DNA of 64,000 bases from an uncultured delta proteobacterium (GTDB lineage Bacteria > Desulfobacterota > Binatia > UBA9968): contig CAVUZH010000019.1 in assembly GCA_963745835.1 (NCBI GenBank), positions 448,001-512,000 on the forward strand, in the 5' to 3' direction. Both the position numbers and the translations under genes were made by a program. Below the pieces are notes generated by a model. The model searched no databases and was not told where the DNA came from. It was given only the letters and a program-made list of their open reading frames with translations. Below are positions 41,907 to 52,499 of the stretch, in pieces. Each line of letters starts with the position of its first letter. Within the stretch, counting starts at the first letter, position 1.

Positions 41907-42130
41907 CGCACCCTCCGAACTGCCTGATTAGGCGTGAGAACCCATCTCTCTATAAAGCGGAAACGCCGCGGATCATAAGGCGGTCGGAGCGAATGTGTCA
42001 AGCGAATGCTCTGCGCATGTTCTAGCAAGGCACCGTTTTCTTTGACTTGGATGAAATCAGGGTGATAGCTTACGTCCAACGAAAGTTTCTCAGTTATCGA
42101 GAACACAAAGGCGAACAGGAGGAGGCCGTC

Positions 42131-43180
42131 GTGAAAAAAACTTTATGCGCAATGCTGGCTACGATTTGCACAGTCGCCGTATCAGCCGGTTTTCCGCCTC
42201 ACTCTGAAGCGCAGAGCAAGAAAGTCGTGGTTCAATTGGCCTGGGTCGTTGGCGGGCTTCATGCAGGGTTTTTCGTCGCCAAAGAAAAAGGCTTCTACTC
42301 CTCCAAAGGCCTGGACGTGAGCATCAACCGCGGCTTCGGCAGCGGCGACACCGCGAAAGTAGTCGCAACCGGAACCGCGCAATTTGGTGAAGTGAATGTG
42401 CCCACGGCAATCATCTCGCGTGGTAAAGAACTGCCCTTAACCGTTGTCGGTGTCATCATCGGCAAGGCTCCGGAGAGCATCCTGTCATTTGCAGACAAAG
42501 GAATCCGCAAGCCCAAAGATGTTGAGGGCAAGACTTTCGCAGAGGCATCCGGAGCTGCCATCATGGTGACCTGGCCCGCCTTCGCCAAGCTGGCGGGAAT
42601 CGACATCAGCAAAACGACCCATATTCCGGTGGAGGCTGCTGCCAAGCCCGCAGTGTTTTTCAGCGGCCAGGTCGATTGGGTTCCCGGATTTCGCCCTGGC
42701 TTTGATGAACCGTTGATAATTCGCGCCCGGAAAGAAGGGAAAAAGCTCCATTTCATTCGTTGGGAAGACTTTGGCTGGAAGGTTTACGGCAACGGTCTCG
42801 TTGCGAATAATGATCTGCTCAAGCGGGAGCCGAAAACGGTCGCTAATTTTGTCAGCGCCACCATGGAAGGCTATGCTCACGCCGTTGCGCACCCCGATGA
42901 CGCGCTCGATATCACGCTCAAGGCCAATCCTGAACTGGACCGGGAATCCGCCCGCCTTTCGCTCCTTTTCGCTATCGACGCCATGATGACGACAGCTTCG
43001 CAGGAAAAAGGCTTGGGTTACATGGAAGAGGACCGGATGGCCTTTCAGATCAAGCTCATGTCCGATCTAATGAAGATCAGTCCGCCCAAGGATGTGTACA
43101 CTAATCAATTCATTAATAAGAAATCGGTTACGGTGCCTCCCGCGCTTGCAGCAGAACTGAGCAAGTTGCAGTCGAAGTGA
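42131..43180 (+). CDS. NMT1/THI5-type ABC substrate-binding protein
   Basis: GTG after ggagg; HAGFFVAKEKGFY...GLDV, G.GS. Confidence 0.82.
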   Translation: MKKTLCAMLATICTVAVSAGFPPHSEAQSKKVVVQLAWVVGGLHAGFFVAKEKGFYSSKGLDVSINRGFGSGDTAKVVATGTAQFGEVNVPTAIISRGKELPLTVVGVIIGKAPESILSFADKGIRKPKDVEGKTFAEASGAAIMVTWPAFAKLAGIDISKTTHIPVEAAAKPAVFFSGQVDWVPGFRPGFDEPLIIRARKEGKKLHFIRWEDFGWKVYGNGLVANNDLLKREPKTVANFVSATMEGYAHAVAHPDDALDITLKANPELDRESARLSLLFAIDAMMTTASQEKGLGYMEEDRMAFQIKLMSDLMKISPPKDVYTNQFINKKSVTVPPALAAELSKLQSK

Positions 43181-43313
43181 CAACGACGATAGTTGTCATT
43201 CCAGGCATCTGGATTACAGTGCAGCGTAGCGCGACCCTTAATCCGGCAGATAAACTAGCTAACCGCGTCCGCGGATATGTTCGCAAGTATGACAGTCGAG
43301 TAAGCTGCTAAAT

Positions 43314-44402
43314 TCAGCGGCCGCCGGCAAAAATCACCGCCAGCTCTTCTGGTGCGACGACTTCGAGCTGGTCATACGTGCAGTCGCCCGGCTTTTTGTC
43401 CGTGCGCCACCTGCGAAATTGCGCCGTGTGGCGGAAGCGGTTGCCCTGCATGTGATCGTAAGCGACTTCGACAACCAGTTCGGGACGGAGTGGCTCCCAG
43501 GACAAATCCTTCCCTCCGCTCCAGCGACTCTGACCGCCGGGCATGCGACGCTCGGCATCACCGCCGGTCGCTTCCTGCTCGGCCCAACCTTTCCAGGGGT
43601 GGGCCACCAGCGCGTTCTGGCGGTATGGCGCGAGAAATTCCACGAGCTCGCGTCGCTTTTTGTCGGTGAAGCTGGCGCAAACGCCGACATGCTGCAGCGT
43701 GCCGGTATCGTCGAAGAGTCCGAGCAAGAGTGAGCCGACGGCGGTGCGCTCACCTTTTTTGTGCCAACGAAAGCCGGCAACCACACAATCGCACTCGCGC
43801 TCGTGCTTGATCTTGAGCATCAGCCGCTTGTTGGGCTCATAGGTTCCCGAAGCCGGTTTGGCAATGACGCCATCGAGACCAGCGCCCTCGAAGCGACGAA
43901 ACCAGTCCTGCGCCACCCCTAATTCGCTGGTTACGGGGGTGACGTGTATTGGCGGCGCCGCGGATGAAACCAGCGATTCGAGAATTCGGCGACGATCTCT
44001 GAACGCCATGCCGCGCACATCCCGGTCTCCCTCGGCAAGAATGTCGAACAACACGATCGATGCCGGGATCTCCTGTGAAAGAAGCTTTACCCGCGACGCA
44101 GCGGGATGAATGCGCAGTTGCAAGGCATCGAAGTCGAGCGCGCCGTTTTGGGTGATGACGATTTCACCGTCAAAAACACAGCGAGCGGGCAACTGCGTTC
44201 GGATCGGCTCGAGCAATTCCGGAAAGTAGCGGTTCAGCGATTTTTCGTCACGGCTCTGGAGCAGGATCTCGTCTCCGTCGCGAAACACCAGGGCGCGGAA
44301 TCCATCCCATTTCGGCTCGAAAATCCAGTTTACGCCTGGCGGTAATTCGCCGACCCGTTTGGCAAGCATCGGTAAGACCGGCGGGTTCACGGGAAGGTGC
44401 AT
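43314..44402 (-). CDS. ATP-dependent DNA ligase (LigC-like)
   Basis: EPKWDGFR, DGE, FD, DGVIAK, KIK, VVEVAYD, RWRTDK. Confidence 0.9.
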   Translation of the reverse strand: MHLPVNPPVLPMLAKRVGELPPGVNWIFEPKWDGFRALVFRDGDEILLQSRDEKSLNRYFPELLEPIRTQLPARCVFDGEIVITQNGALDFDALQLRIHPAASRVKLLSQEIPASIVLFDILAEGDRDVRGMAFRDRRRILESLVSSAAPPIHVTPVTSELGVAQDWFRRFEGAGLDGVIAKPASGTYEPNKRLMLKIKHERECDCVVAGFRWHKKGERTAVGSLLLGLFDDTGTLQHVGVCASFTDKKRRELVEFLAPYRQNALVAHPWKGWAEQEATGGDAERRMPGGQSRWSGGKDLSWEPLRPELVVEVAYDHMQGNRFRHTAQFRRWRTDKKPGDCTYDQLEVVAPEELAVIFAGGR

Positions 44403-44419
44403 ACTTAAATTTTATCAAC

Positions 44420-44578
44420 TGGTTCCGGGCGTTCCAAACGTTCCGCAGGTTCCATAAGCGGTTGCGTTCAAATCGTTTAAGCTGTTCAAAGCCATCGGGT
44501 TCCAGTCGTTCCATCGCTTCGCTACGTTCCAAATGTTCCAGTCGTTCCAAACCTTCAAAACGTTGCAACCATTTATTC
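44420..44578. repeat. Degenerate ~9 bp tandem repeat (cgttccaaa/cgttcaaa-like)
   Basis: More than a dozen gttcca/gttcaa-like units in an intergenic region. Confidence 0.7.
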
Positions 44579-44600
44579 AATCTCCAGCGGCACCGGCTGC

Positions 44601-45476
44601 TTAGATCGTGCGGGCGGCTATTTCGGCGAGGCGGTCCATTTGATCCAACTCGTCGGCGCAGGGCCGCAGAATGAATTCATCGACCCCCATGTCGGCCTGC
44701 CGCTTGATCGACTCTTCCACGGCGGTATCCGAAGCCGGCAAGGTACTCAGGCGCCGCGCCGCAAGGTCGGGATTGTAGCCGTAGTTTGCGTTGATATAGC
44801 GGCTCGCATGATCCCGAGCGTTGGGGCCGAGCGCATAATAGGTCGCGCCCACCCAACGCGGTTTTCCGGTGCGGCCCGCTTCTTGCCACGCGTCCTCGAT
44901 CTGGTGCCATGTCTTGAGCAGGTTTTCCGGCTCGCCACCGCCCGGAGCCATGTAACCGTCGCCCCACTTGGCAATACGCTGCACGATCGCGGGAACATAA
45001 CCGCCGATCAGCAGTTCGGGACCATCGGCGCGAGCTGGCCGCGGCCCGATGGCTCCGATTTGATCTGACATTGCCGCGCCGGACCACAGCCGGCGGAGGG
45101 TTGGCAACTGCTCTTCGGCGCGGCGGCCGCGGCGATGAAAGTCAAACCCTGTGGCAAGATAATCGTTGTCGCGCACGCCAATGCCGATGCCGAGAGTGAG
45201 CCGGCCGCCTGAAAGCACATCGATCGTCGCGGCCTGACGGGCAAGCAACGTGGTTTCACGCGTCGGCCCAATCACGACGCTCGTCATCAAACCTATACGT
45301 TGGGTCGCTCCGGCGGCCATCGCCAGGACCGTAAGCGGCTCGAGTGACTGGGAAACCACTCGATCGGTGACCACGACACTCGAAAAGGGCCCGCGGTCCG
45401 CGCGGGTGATCCATTCGAGCATCACTGCGCCGGAAGCGGAGGATACTCGACTCGGTAACCCTATGGCGATGCGCAT
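44601..45476 (-). CDS. LLM-class (luciferase-like) flavin-dependent oxidoreductase
   Basis: LARQAATIDVLSGGRLTLGIGIG, RRGRR.EE, LLIGG. Confidence 0.85.
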   Translation of the reverse strand: MRIAIGLPSRVSSASGAVMLEWITRADRGPFSSVVVTDRVVSQSLEPLTVLAMAAGATQRIGLMTSVVIGPTRETTLLARQAATIDVLSGGRLTLGIGIGVRDNDYLATGFDFHRRGRRAEEQLPTLRRLWSGAAMSDQIGAIGPRPARADGPELLIGGYVPAIVQRIAKWGDGYMAPGGGEPENLLKTWHQIEDAWQEAGRTGKPRWVGATYYALGPNARDHASRYINANYGYNPDLAARRLSTLPASDTAVEESIKRQADMGVDEFILRPCADELDQMDRLAEIAARTI

Positions 45477-45534
45477 AATTTCCTCCGTGATCTGAATATC
45501 GCTGGAAGCGGTCCGAACCCGACGCCTACTTTGA

Positions 45535-45882
45535 TCAACTCTCGGCAGCTAACAACGTTCCGAGTTTTTCCAAAACCTCATCTGTCGTTTTTCGCGGCAG
45601 TTTGCATATAAACTCCGCTTTTCGAACGCGCCAATCGAGATTTTTCACCTGATCGGCAAGAACCACTCCGGCGAGCTTTGATCCGGAAGGAATCGCCACC
45701 TCGAACGGATACCCTTTTGTCTGGCTTGTGATCGGACACAGGATCGCTAGGCCGACCTTACCGTTGTAAGCAGAAGGAGAAAGAACCAGTGCAGGACGGC
45801 GCCCCGCTTGCTCGTGCCCCGCCTGTGGATTAAGCGTGATCCAAACCACCTCGCCGCGGGCGGGAACGTATCGTCGAGCCAT
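45535..45882 (-). CDS. mazF: MazF endoribonuclease toxin
   Basis: PQAGHEQAGRRPALVLS, CPITS..KGYPFEV, DQVK.LDW..R. Confidence 0.92.
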   Translation of the reverse strand: MARRYVPARGEVVWITLNPQAGHEQAGRRPALVLSPSAYNGKVGLAILCPITSQTKGYPFEVAIPSGSKLAGVVLADQVKNLDWRVRKAEFICKLPRKTTDEVLEKLGTLLAAES

Positions 45883-46124
45883 CACCAAATCTCGCCGCCT
45901 GCAGGCCGACCAAAATCAATTTCCCGATGCAGGTTCTTTTTATTCACCTTCGCTAAGAGTTCATTGAGGGAGAATTTTCTTTGTTCGACCGGAGTGGCCA
46001 CAACCTTTCCACCGGATACCGCTAAATTTAAAACGGTTCCCTCCCTAACCTCGGCATCTTTAGCTAAGGGTTTAGGAATTCTCACAGCTAGGCTATTCCC
46101 CCATTTTTGGACTCGGACGTGCAT
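45882..46124 (-). CDS. mazE: MazE/AbrB antitoxin
   Basis: QKWGNSLAVRIP, SLNELL, G.EIW; TGATG coupling to mazF. Confidence 0.92.
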   Translation of the reverse strand: MHVRVQKWGNSLAVRIPKPLAKDAEVREGTVLNLAVSGGKVVATPVEQRKFSLNELLAKVNKKNLHREIDFGRPAGGEIW

Positions 46125-46140
46125 GACAGACCTCCCAATG

Positions 46141-46159
46141 GTTTCTACAATGAAGATAC
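46141..46159. promoter_or_regulatory. Probable MazE autoregulatory operator
   Basis: Imperfect palindrome gtttctacaatgaagatac just upstream of mazE. Confidence 0.55.
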
Positions 46160-46344
46160 AATTGTAACCTGCTTGGCGTCAAGTTTGGCTGGCGTTGCCG
46201 CTGAGGAACTATCCTTGTGCACGGTTGCGACACAATAAGGATAGTGCTCCATTGCCGTCGAGGCGCTTGGAAAGCACCCGGCAAAATAGCAAGATGGGAT
46301 GCGCCGAGACTTTTGCAGGAGACACGTAACTTGGTGGAGGCTTT

Positions 46345-47325
46345 ATGATCCCAATGATGAATACGTACGACACGATTCGCACGAGTTTGCACTTCAATAA
46401 GTTCGTGGTCGGGGAGCTGCTTTTCGTCGAATACAAGTGCCCGATTGAACAGGAAGCCGCCGGCGTGTGGACGCCGATGGATTATTTTGTTCATGTGCTG
46501 AGCGGCAAAAAAACCTGGCGCACTACTGACGGAACTTGGATAGCAGAAAAGGGCCAGACTTTGTTTTTCAAGAAAGGCGCCGCCGTTGTCTACCAGGATT
46601 TCAAGGACGATTTCTGCGTTTTGGTGTTTTTCGTTTCGGATAATTTCATCCGGGATGTTGTCAGAGAAGTTTCCGGTCAATTGAGCAGCCGGCGCGACGC
46701 CAACGCGCTTCAAAAAGCCGCGATTCTAATCAATGCCGATGTGACTTTGGCCGCCTATTTTCAATCCATGCTGGCCTATTTCACTGGGACGGCAAAGCCG
46801 GCCGAAACTTTGTTGACGCTCAAGCTCAAGGAATTGATCGTGAGCATACTTTTGGGGGGCAGGAATCCCGAGCTCGCCGGTTACTTTCAATCGCTGCTCA
46901 AAAGCGATGCCCCTGTGCTGTCGCAAATCATGGAGGCGAATTTTTCTTACAATCTGGCGCTGGAAGATTTCGCAAGATTATCCCATCGCAGCCTGTCGAC
47001 GTTCAAACGCGACTTCCGCAAGTACTACAACCAATCCCCGGGCAAGTGGCTATTGCAAAAGCGACTGGACTATTCAGCCGTGCTGTTAAAAAATCCCGCG
47101 CTCAACGTTTCGCAAGTCGCCTTGGATTGCGGCTTCGAAGACCTCTCGCATTTCAGCCGGGCGTTCAAAGAAAAATTCGGCACCTCCCCGGCGCATTACC
47201 GTAAAGAAATTCCTGGTCGTGGCGTCTCGCGGCTTAGTGAAACAGACCTCTTGCAGGCTGCTCAAAAAGATCCAGAGGCGAGGCCCGCGAAGATCGATAA
47301 GCGGAGGCGTGCTCTTGCACGTTGA
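46345..47325 (+). CDS. AraC family regulator (ExsA-like N-terminal domain)
   Basis: RSLSTFKRDF, VALDCGFEDLSHFSRAFK; C-terminal tail runs into a repeat. Confidence 0.88.
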   Translation: MIPMMNTYDTIRTSLHFNKFVVGELLFVEYKCPIEQEAAGVWTPMDYFVHVLSGKKTWRTTDGTWIAEKGQTLFFKKGAAVVYQDFKDDFCVLVFFVSDNFIRDVVREVSGQLSSRRDANALQKAAILINADVTLAAYFQSMLAYFTGTAKPAETLLTLKLKELIVSILLGGRNPELAGYFQSLLKSDAPVLSQIMEANFSYNLALEDFARLSHRSLSTFKRDFRKYYNQSPGKWLLQKRLDYSAVLLKNPALNVSQVALDCGFEDLSHFSRAFKEKFGTSPAHYRKEIPGRGVSRLSETDLLQAAQKDPEARPAKIDKRRRALAR

Positions 47326-47376
47326 CGCGCAATCGGTCGAGAGCAACGAAGCCTATGGGCTTTTTCAGCAACCTGC
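47253..47376. repeat. ~124 bp palindromic (MITE/REP-like) element
   Basis: Terminal IR gcaggctgctcaaaaag / ctttttcagcaacctgc; central hairpin cgtgc-tctt-gcacg. Confidence 0.78.
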
Positions 47377-47477
47377 TGGAAAGAGCCGCTCAGTCAAACA
47401 TCTGGCCTCTCAAACAAAGCATCTTTCTCTGCCCCGCTTTATCTTTGGCAGCAGAATAAATCTTTAAGGAGCCAATT

Positions 47478-48581
47478 ATGAACTATTCGAACGCATCCCA
47501 ATGGACCGAGGTTGCTCACAGTCTGGGCCGGGAATTCGCCGCCCGCGCTGCGGCCCACGATGAGCAGGACACATTCGTCGGCGCTAACTACGCGGCGCTG
47601 AAGGAGCGGCGGGTGTTCTCCGCGGCGATTCCACAAGAATTGGGTGGCGGCGGCGCCTCGCACCGTGGGATCTCAGACATGCTTCGCGTACTTGCCCAAT
47701 ATTGCGGCTCCACCGCGCTGGCACTCTCGATGCACCAGCATCTCATCGCCGCCACAGTTTGGAAATACCGACACGGTCAGGGCGGCGAGCCCTTGCTTAA
47801 GAAGGTCGCCGAAAGCCAGCTCGTGCTCGTCAGCACAGGCGCCGGCGATTGGCTGGAGTCCAACGGCTCGATGAACAAAACCGATGGGGGCTATGTCGTC
47901 AGCGCCCAAAAACACTTCGCCAGCCAGTCTGCGGTCGGCGACATGCTGGTCACGAGCGCGCCGTTCATGGATGAGGTCCTGCACTTTCCGGTGCCGATGA
48001 ACGCGCCGGGAGTCACAGTCCTGAACGACTGGCGCGCGCTCGGCATGAGAGGCACCGGTTCTCATACCGTCAAACTGGAGAACGTCTTCGTACCCGAAGC
48101 CGCCATCGCTCTGCGACGGCCGCGCGGCGCCTATCACCCGGTTTGGAATGTTGTGCTAACGGTGGCAATGCCGCTGATCATGTCCGTCTATGTGGGCATC
48201 GCGCAAAAGGCGGCGGAGTTATCGGTTAGCCATCTCCGACGGAAAAAAACTCGGAAACCGCAGGTGCCCTCTTTGATCGGTGCAATGAACAACGATCTGA
48301 TGGCCGCTGAGATTCAGCTGAATGACATGCTGCGCATCGCCAACAATTACGAGTTCGAAGCCATCGACAAAAACGGTCATGACATTCTCGCGCGAAAGAC
48401 CAACGTCGCCAACGCCGCCATAGGCGTTGTCACCAAAGCGATGGAAATCGTTGGCGGTGAGGGTTTGTACCGTGATTTCGGTTTGGAGCGGCTTTTCCGC
48501 GATGTTCAAGGCGCGCGCTATCATCCGTTGCCGGAAGCTGAGCAGGTAAAGTTTTCGGGAGAGTATCTCTTACGCGACTGA
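47478..48581 (+). CDS. Acyl-CoA dehydrogenase-family flavoprotein
   Basis: IPQELGGGG, KHFAS, W..LGMRGTGS, LERLFRD. Confidence 0.85.
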   Translation: MNYSNASQWTEVAHSLGREFAARAAAHDEQDTFVGANYAALKERRVFSAAIPQELGGGGASHRGISDMLRVLAQYCGSTALALSMHQHLIAATVWKYRHGQGGEPLLKKVAESQLVLVSTGAGDWLESNGSMNKTDGGYVVSAQKHFASQSAVGDMLVTSAPFMDEVLHFPVPMNAPGVTVLNDWRALGMRGTGSHTVKLENVFVPEAAIALRRPRGAYHPVWNVVLTVAMPLIMSVYVGIAQKAAELSVSHLRRKKTRKPQVPSLIGAMNNDLMAAEIQLNDMLRIANNYEFEAIDKNGHDILARKTNVANAAIGVVTKAMEIVGGEGLYRDFGLERLFRDVQGARYHPLPEAEQVKFSGEYLLRD

Positions 48582-48939
48582 CGCATGTCGCCGGGTGGCA
48601 GGCTGCCAGCGGCCTGCGCCGTGGCAGCGGAAGAGACGATAAGTCGCAGCGCGAACTTACTGATTCAATTTGCTTTGCTGGCATCAGAGCGCGGGGCATT
48701 TAGGGTCAACTTGAGCTAGCGCCTTCTCCTTCGTATTCGGTGTAAATCGGCCACCGATTCTGGTTGAAAGCGGTCGAGGTCGGAGCGGCACGCAGGAAGC
48801 AAGTCTTATAGAATTTAATTGAAAGTTTAACTCGACGTGATTTCTGTTGCGAAAGCAGGACGACATATGCATCGGAGTGGCGTCATGAGTATTTTCTCAT
48901 TGAAATTTTCGTGTCGAAATTTCAATCGACAACCTAAGC

Positions 48940-49915
48940 TCAAGGCTTTTTATAAAGTTTCTCCATAAATCCTTCACGAACCATGCGGTCCACGATAGAA
49001 TTATCGACGATTGTTTCCAACGAAGTACCTTTCTTACCCATAAATTCAAGTATGGTATAGACTGCCTCTTTTTCTAGCCGGGGCACCCGGTCCAGATAAG
49101 TAGTGGCGTCCGCATATAAGGTCTCGATTCGCTTCGGGTCATCGAGACGAGAATACTTAGCCAGTATTATCAACGCCTTACCTTTAGATGATGCAGGGCG
49201 GCCACACCCTCGACGTATGCCCGGATCATGCCTCCCACGCCTTCTCTATTTTGATTGTAGTAGTCGCGTGAGACCACAATCATATTCATCGAATATGGGA
49301 TGCCTAAGTCAATCAAGTTCAGCAGCACCTTCGCCGGAATATTTGGATCTACGACCAGATCTGAGGTCACTGTACCTTCGATGACGCGCTGTTGGAAGGC
49401 GGCTGCAACCTCACGGGTCCGCCCTCCGAACAGGCGGATTTTCACAGCGTCTTCAAACAAATATTTTCTCAGCAGGATCTTCGTTAGGTTAACCGAGAAG
49501 CCCCGAAGCGTGTGAATCCGAACGTCATTCCCGGCAAATCCTCAATTCTGTCAATCGGGGGCGGCACCCAGGGCTGAGATAAGGCCGATTGGCGTTCCGG
49601 AGACGCCAATGATTGAAGCTCTATTCACAACGCGTTGATCACAGCATTACAGCGGCTATCCACGCGTGCAGATCACCGCCAACAAAGCGGTGCACAGCAC
49701 GGGCACGGCCGGTATATATATGAGACTGGCTTGCATCGCATATTTCTCAAATGCGCCGATCTCCTTTGCCATCCACAACGCGGCAGCCATCGGGCCGATG
49801 GTGGAATAACGAATGTAATCCTCTTCGGCTCTGCCGGCAAAGCATAAGAACCGAGCAGCAGAAAGACGAGAAAAAAAACACCTACACCAAACGTAAATAG
49901 TAGTGTCTGCTTCAT
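48940..49915 (-). pseudogene. NitT/TauT-type SBP broken by several frameshifts
   Basis: Fragments 49673-49915, 49170-49460 and 48940-49173 with signal peptide and DNSIVDRMVREGF C-terminus. Confidence 0.7.
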
Positions 49916-49922
49916 GTTCTAT

Positions 49923-50996
49923 TCAGTCATCTAAATCGATGAAGAGTTCTTCAAGCGCGGGCTTTCTACGGATCAGTCCCTGACTGTTAGAATAGTCAAG
50001 AAACTTGTTTAGTATACGGGCATTCTTGCCAATTCCATGTGCCCAAGGATCATCTCCCATCATCTCTGCAATTTCCTCAACATATTCATCAAACCAGGGG
50101 AAGACAGCATTCCTCCTCACGATTGCCACCTTTTCATAGAAATCTTGCCTTAAACTCTGAAGTAGCCGATGGACTCTGCTCGCTATTTCCCTTCCGTCCC
50201 CGGGGAGCCCCTTCTTCAAAACCAGCATGTGCATTATTGGAAAGATCCGGTGTTTCAGATAATATGTTTTCTCGACCTCTTTACAATCTGGAAACAGGCA
50301 CCGGATAAGAGACCCGCTTTTTTGCGCAAGCTCAGGCTTGTGAACACACATCACTGCATCGAGACGGTCATCCAGCAGCATTTTAAACAAAGTGTCGTTT
50401 TGCCCAATAGGTTGAATGCGACCTGCAATCTCCGCGGGAAGTTCGACCCGCTCCACGCGTCCAGGGTGTTCTGCTCCTCCAGTAAACCAATGGATCTCTG
50501 CCGGATTCACCCCGAAGTCTTCCCGAAGCATTCCTCTTACCCACACTGCCGCCGTCATGCCATATTCCGGCATACCAACTCTTTTCCCTCTGAACTGCTC
50601 GCCGCTGATTGCATCGCTCTCGGCTTTTACGAAAAGTGCAGAGTGACGGAATCGCTTAGAAGGAAAAATGGGAAGCCCGACGTATTTGTCCCAGCCTTGG
50701 TCCCTCAGCATTGTGTAAGTCGATAGGGACATCTCAGCGGGATCATATGGAGCTGATTCTATGACCTGGCGAAAGATCAAGTGCGGCGGGGAGACGTAAT
50801 TCCACGTAAGTTCAATCCCATCGGACGCGTAATGTCCGTCCAGGAGTTTTCCAAAAAATGGATAGTACATACTAGCAAACTTAAGCGTAAGCACCTTAGC
50901 CTCCTCGTCTTCGTTCATCCGACTCAACCTCATTCGCGCCGATGCTTCATCCTTTAAAATTGATTTGTTGCTCCGCTTTTTACTGAATCGGAGCAA
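49923..50996 (-). CDS. 4,5-dihydroxyphthalate decarboxylase-like protein
   Basis: AEMSLS, LPIFPSKRFRHS, PEYGMTAAVWVRG.L, IFPIMH; start may be ATG 50918. Confidence 0.78.
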   Translation of the reverse strand: MLRFSKKRSNKSILKDEASARMRLSRMNEDEEAKVLTLKFASMYYPFFGKLLDGHYASDGIELTWNYVSPPHLIFRQVIESAPYDPAEMSLSTYTMLRDQGWDKYVGLPIFPSKRFRHSALFVKAESDAISGEQFRGKRVGMPEYGMTAAVWVRGMLREDFGVNPAEIHWFTGGAEHPGRVERVELPAEIAGRIQPIGQNDTLFKMLLDDRLDAVMCVHKPELAQKSGSLIRCLFPDCKEVEKTYYLKHRIFPIMHMLVLKKGLPGDGREIASRVHRLLQSLRQDFYEKVAIVRRNAVFPWFDEYVEEIAEMMGDDPWAHGIGKNARILNKFLDYSNSQGLIRRKPALEELFIDLDD

Positions 50997-50997
50997 G

Positions 50998-51462
50998 TCA
51001 ATCTAGTGTCTGGATCATCATTTCAGTTTCTACTGGTGCACCGGCGCCTAGAGACGCGACGCCTATAGCTGCCCGTGCATGCTTGCCTCGTTCACCCCAC
51101 AGTTGAACGAGAAGATCGGATTGACCGTTTATGACTTTAGGGATATCGACAAAACCGGGAGCCACGTTTACATAGCCGGTGACCTTAACGATGCGTTGAA
51201 CCAGATCAAGATCGCCTAGCGCACCTTTGATGATAGCCAGGTGATTGAGTGCACAGCAACGTGCCAACTCGTAAGCCTGCTCCAAACTTACTTCGGCGCC
51301 AACTTTTCCTTTGTACTTGAGCGGCGCGCCGTTGATCCTGCCAATATTGCCACCGATAATCATGAGGCTGCCCACTCGGACGAATCCAATGTAATTCGCA
51401 ATTGGCTGGGGAAGATTCGGCAATTCCAAGCCGAGGGCATTTAGCTTTCGCTCTATTTCCAT
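50998..51462 (-). CDS. RidA/YjgF family protein
   Basis: IVKVTGYVN, VINGQSDLL, GKHARAAIGV. Confidence 0.85.
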   Translation of the reverse strand: MEIERKLNALGLELPNLPQPIANYIGFVRVGSLMIIGGNIGRINGAPLKYKGKVGAEVSLEQAYELARCCALNHLAIIKGALGDLDLVQRIVKVTGYVNVAPGFVDIPKVINGQSDLLVQLWGERGKHARAAIGVASLGAGAPVETEMMIQTLD

Positions 51463-51503
51463 AATTTTCTCCTGTTAATTTCTGTCGATATATTGCGCCG
51501 GAT

Positions 51504-52489
51504 CTATTGACTCATCGATTTGAAGAACCCATTTCGCTCCAACTCTGAAAAGAAACTCGAATCGATGAAATCTTCGGGCTTGAAGTTTTTTACTTTAGGG
51601 TTGGTCTCGGCAAGTTGTCCCATGAGCGTTGCTAAGCCCTTGTAAGGTAGATTGGGGATACGCTCAATAAAGTTCTTTGCATAATCGTAGGCGGAATCGA
51701 GGATCTCCGGATCATTGACACGCATATATTTCGAGAAAACAGTCTGGGAAAATGCCTTATCTTTAAAGAGTCTCGCTACCCCCTCAGTGTAAGCCATTAA
51801 GATCCCTTTCACCGTCGCGGGGTCTTTGCGAATAAAAGAGCGCGTGGTTACGAGGGAGTTGATCGGAAATTCAACGCCGATCTTACCCATGTCCTGCAAA
51901 ACGATAAATCCGGCCTTTCGCGCCATGAACTCTGTCGGCGATCCGGTAACGCCGGCTTGAACGGTGTTAGCCTTCATTCCAGCGAGTATCTCTGGCTGGC
52001 CGCCCATCTGAAGTATTTTCACCTCCCGGTCCGGTTCATTCCCGACTTCTGCAGTAGGAACCGGATGATAAAGTCCGTTGAAGAACCATAGCGCGTAATA
52101 CCGACAGCCTTTCCCTTGAGATCGGTTAATTTTTTAATCGATGGATGAGCGGTCAAATAAAAATTGGGCCGATTAACAACTCCTCCGATAATGGCGAAAT
52201 CGGCACCGCTTACATTCGCCGTTACAATGGAGCCACCCACCAGCCCTGCCAAGAACTCTCCGGAAATCATTGCCTGCGAGACCGTGGTCCCGCTCGCCAC
52301 ATAGACCAAGTCGGCATTGAGGCCGTATTTTTCGAGAAGCCTGGCCTCTTTAGTTACCCAAATGCCGGATTGAACGACAGCTATGGAACTAAATGCAATT
52401 GGAACTCTTTTGAGTTGTGCCTGGACTAGAACAGGAGAAACGAGGATAGCTACGGCGATAAAGTTTTTAATAACTTTCTTGCAACACAT
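51504..52489 (-). CDS. NitT/TauT-type SBP, frameshifted near 52025
   Basis: ORFs 52019-52489 and 51504-52022 are the two halves; DLKGKAVGITRYGSSTDF; FIDSSF. Confidence 0.75.
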
Positions 52490-52499
52490 AACCGAATTC

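Noticed and set aside
44420-44578. Possible CRISPR array
   Set aside because: No identical 23-47 bp repeats with unique spacers, and no cas genes.
44248-44580. 110 aa ORF with ERLEHLER repeats
   Set aside because: It is the translation of the 9-bp DNA repeat and overlaps the ligase gene; probably spurious.
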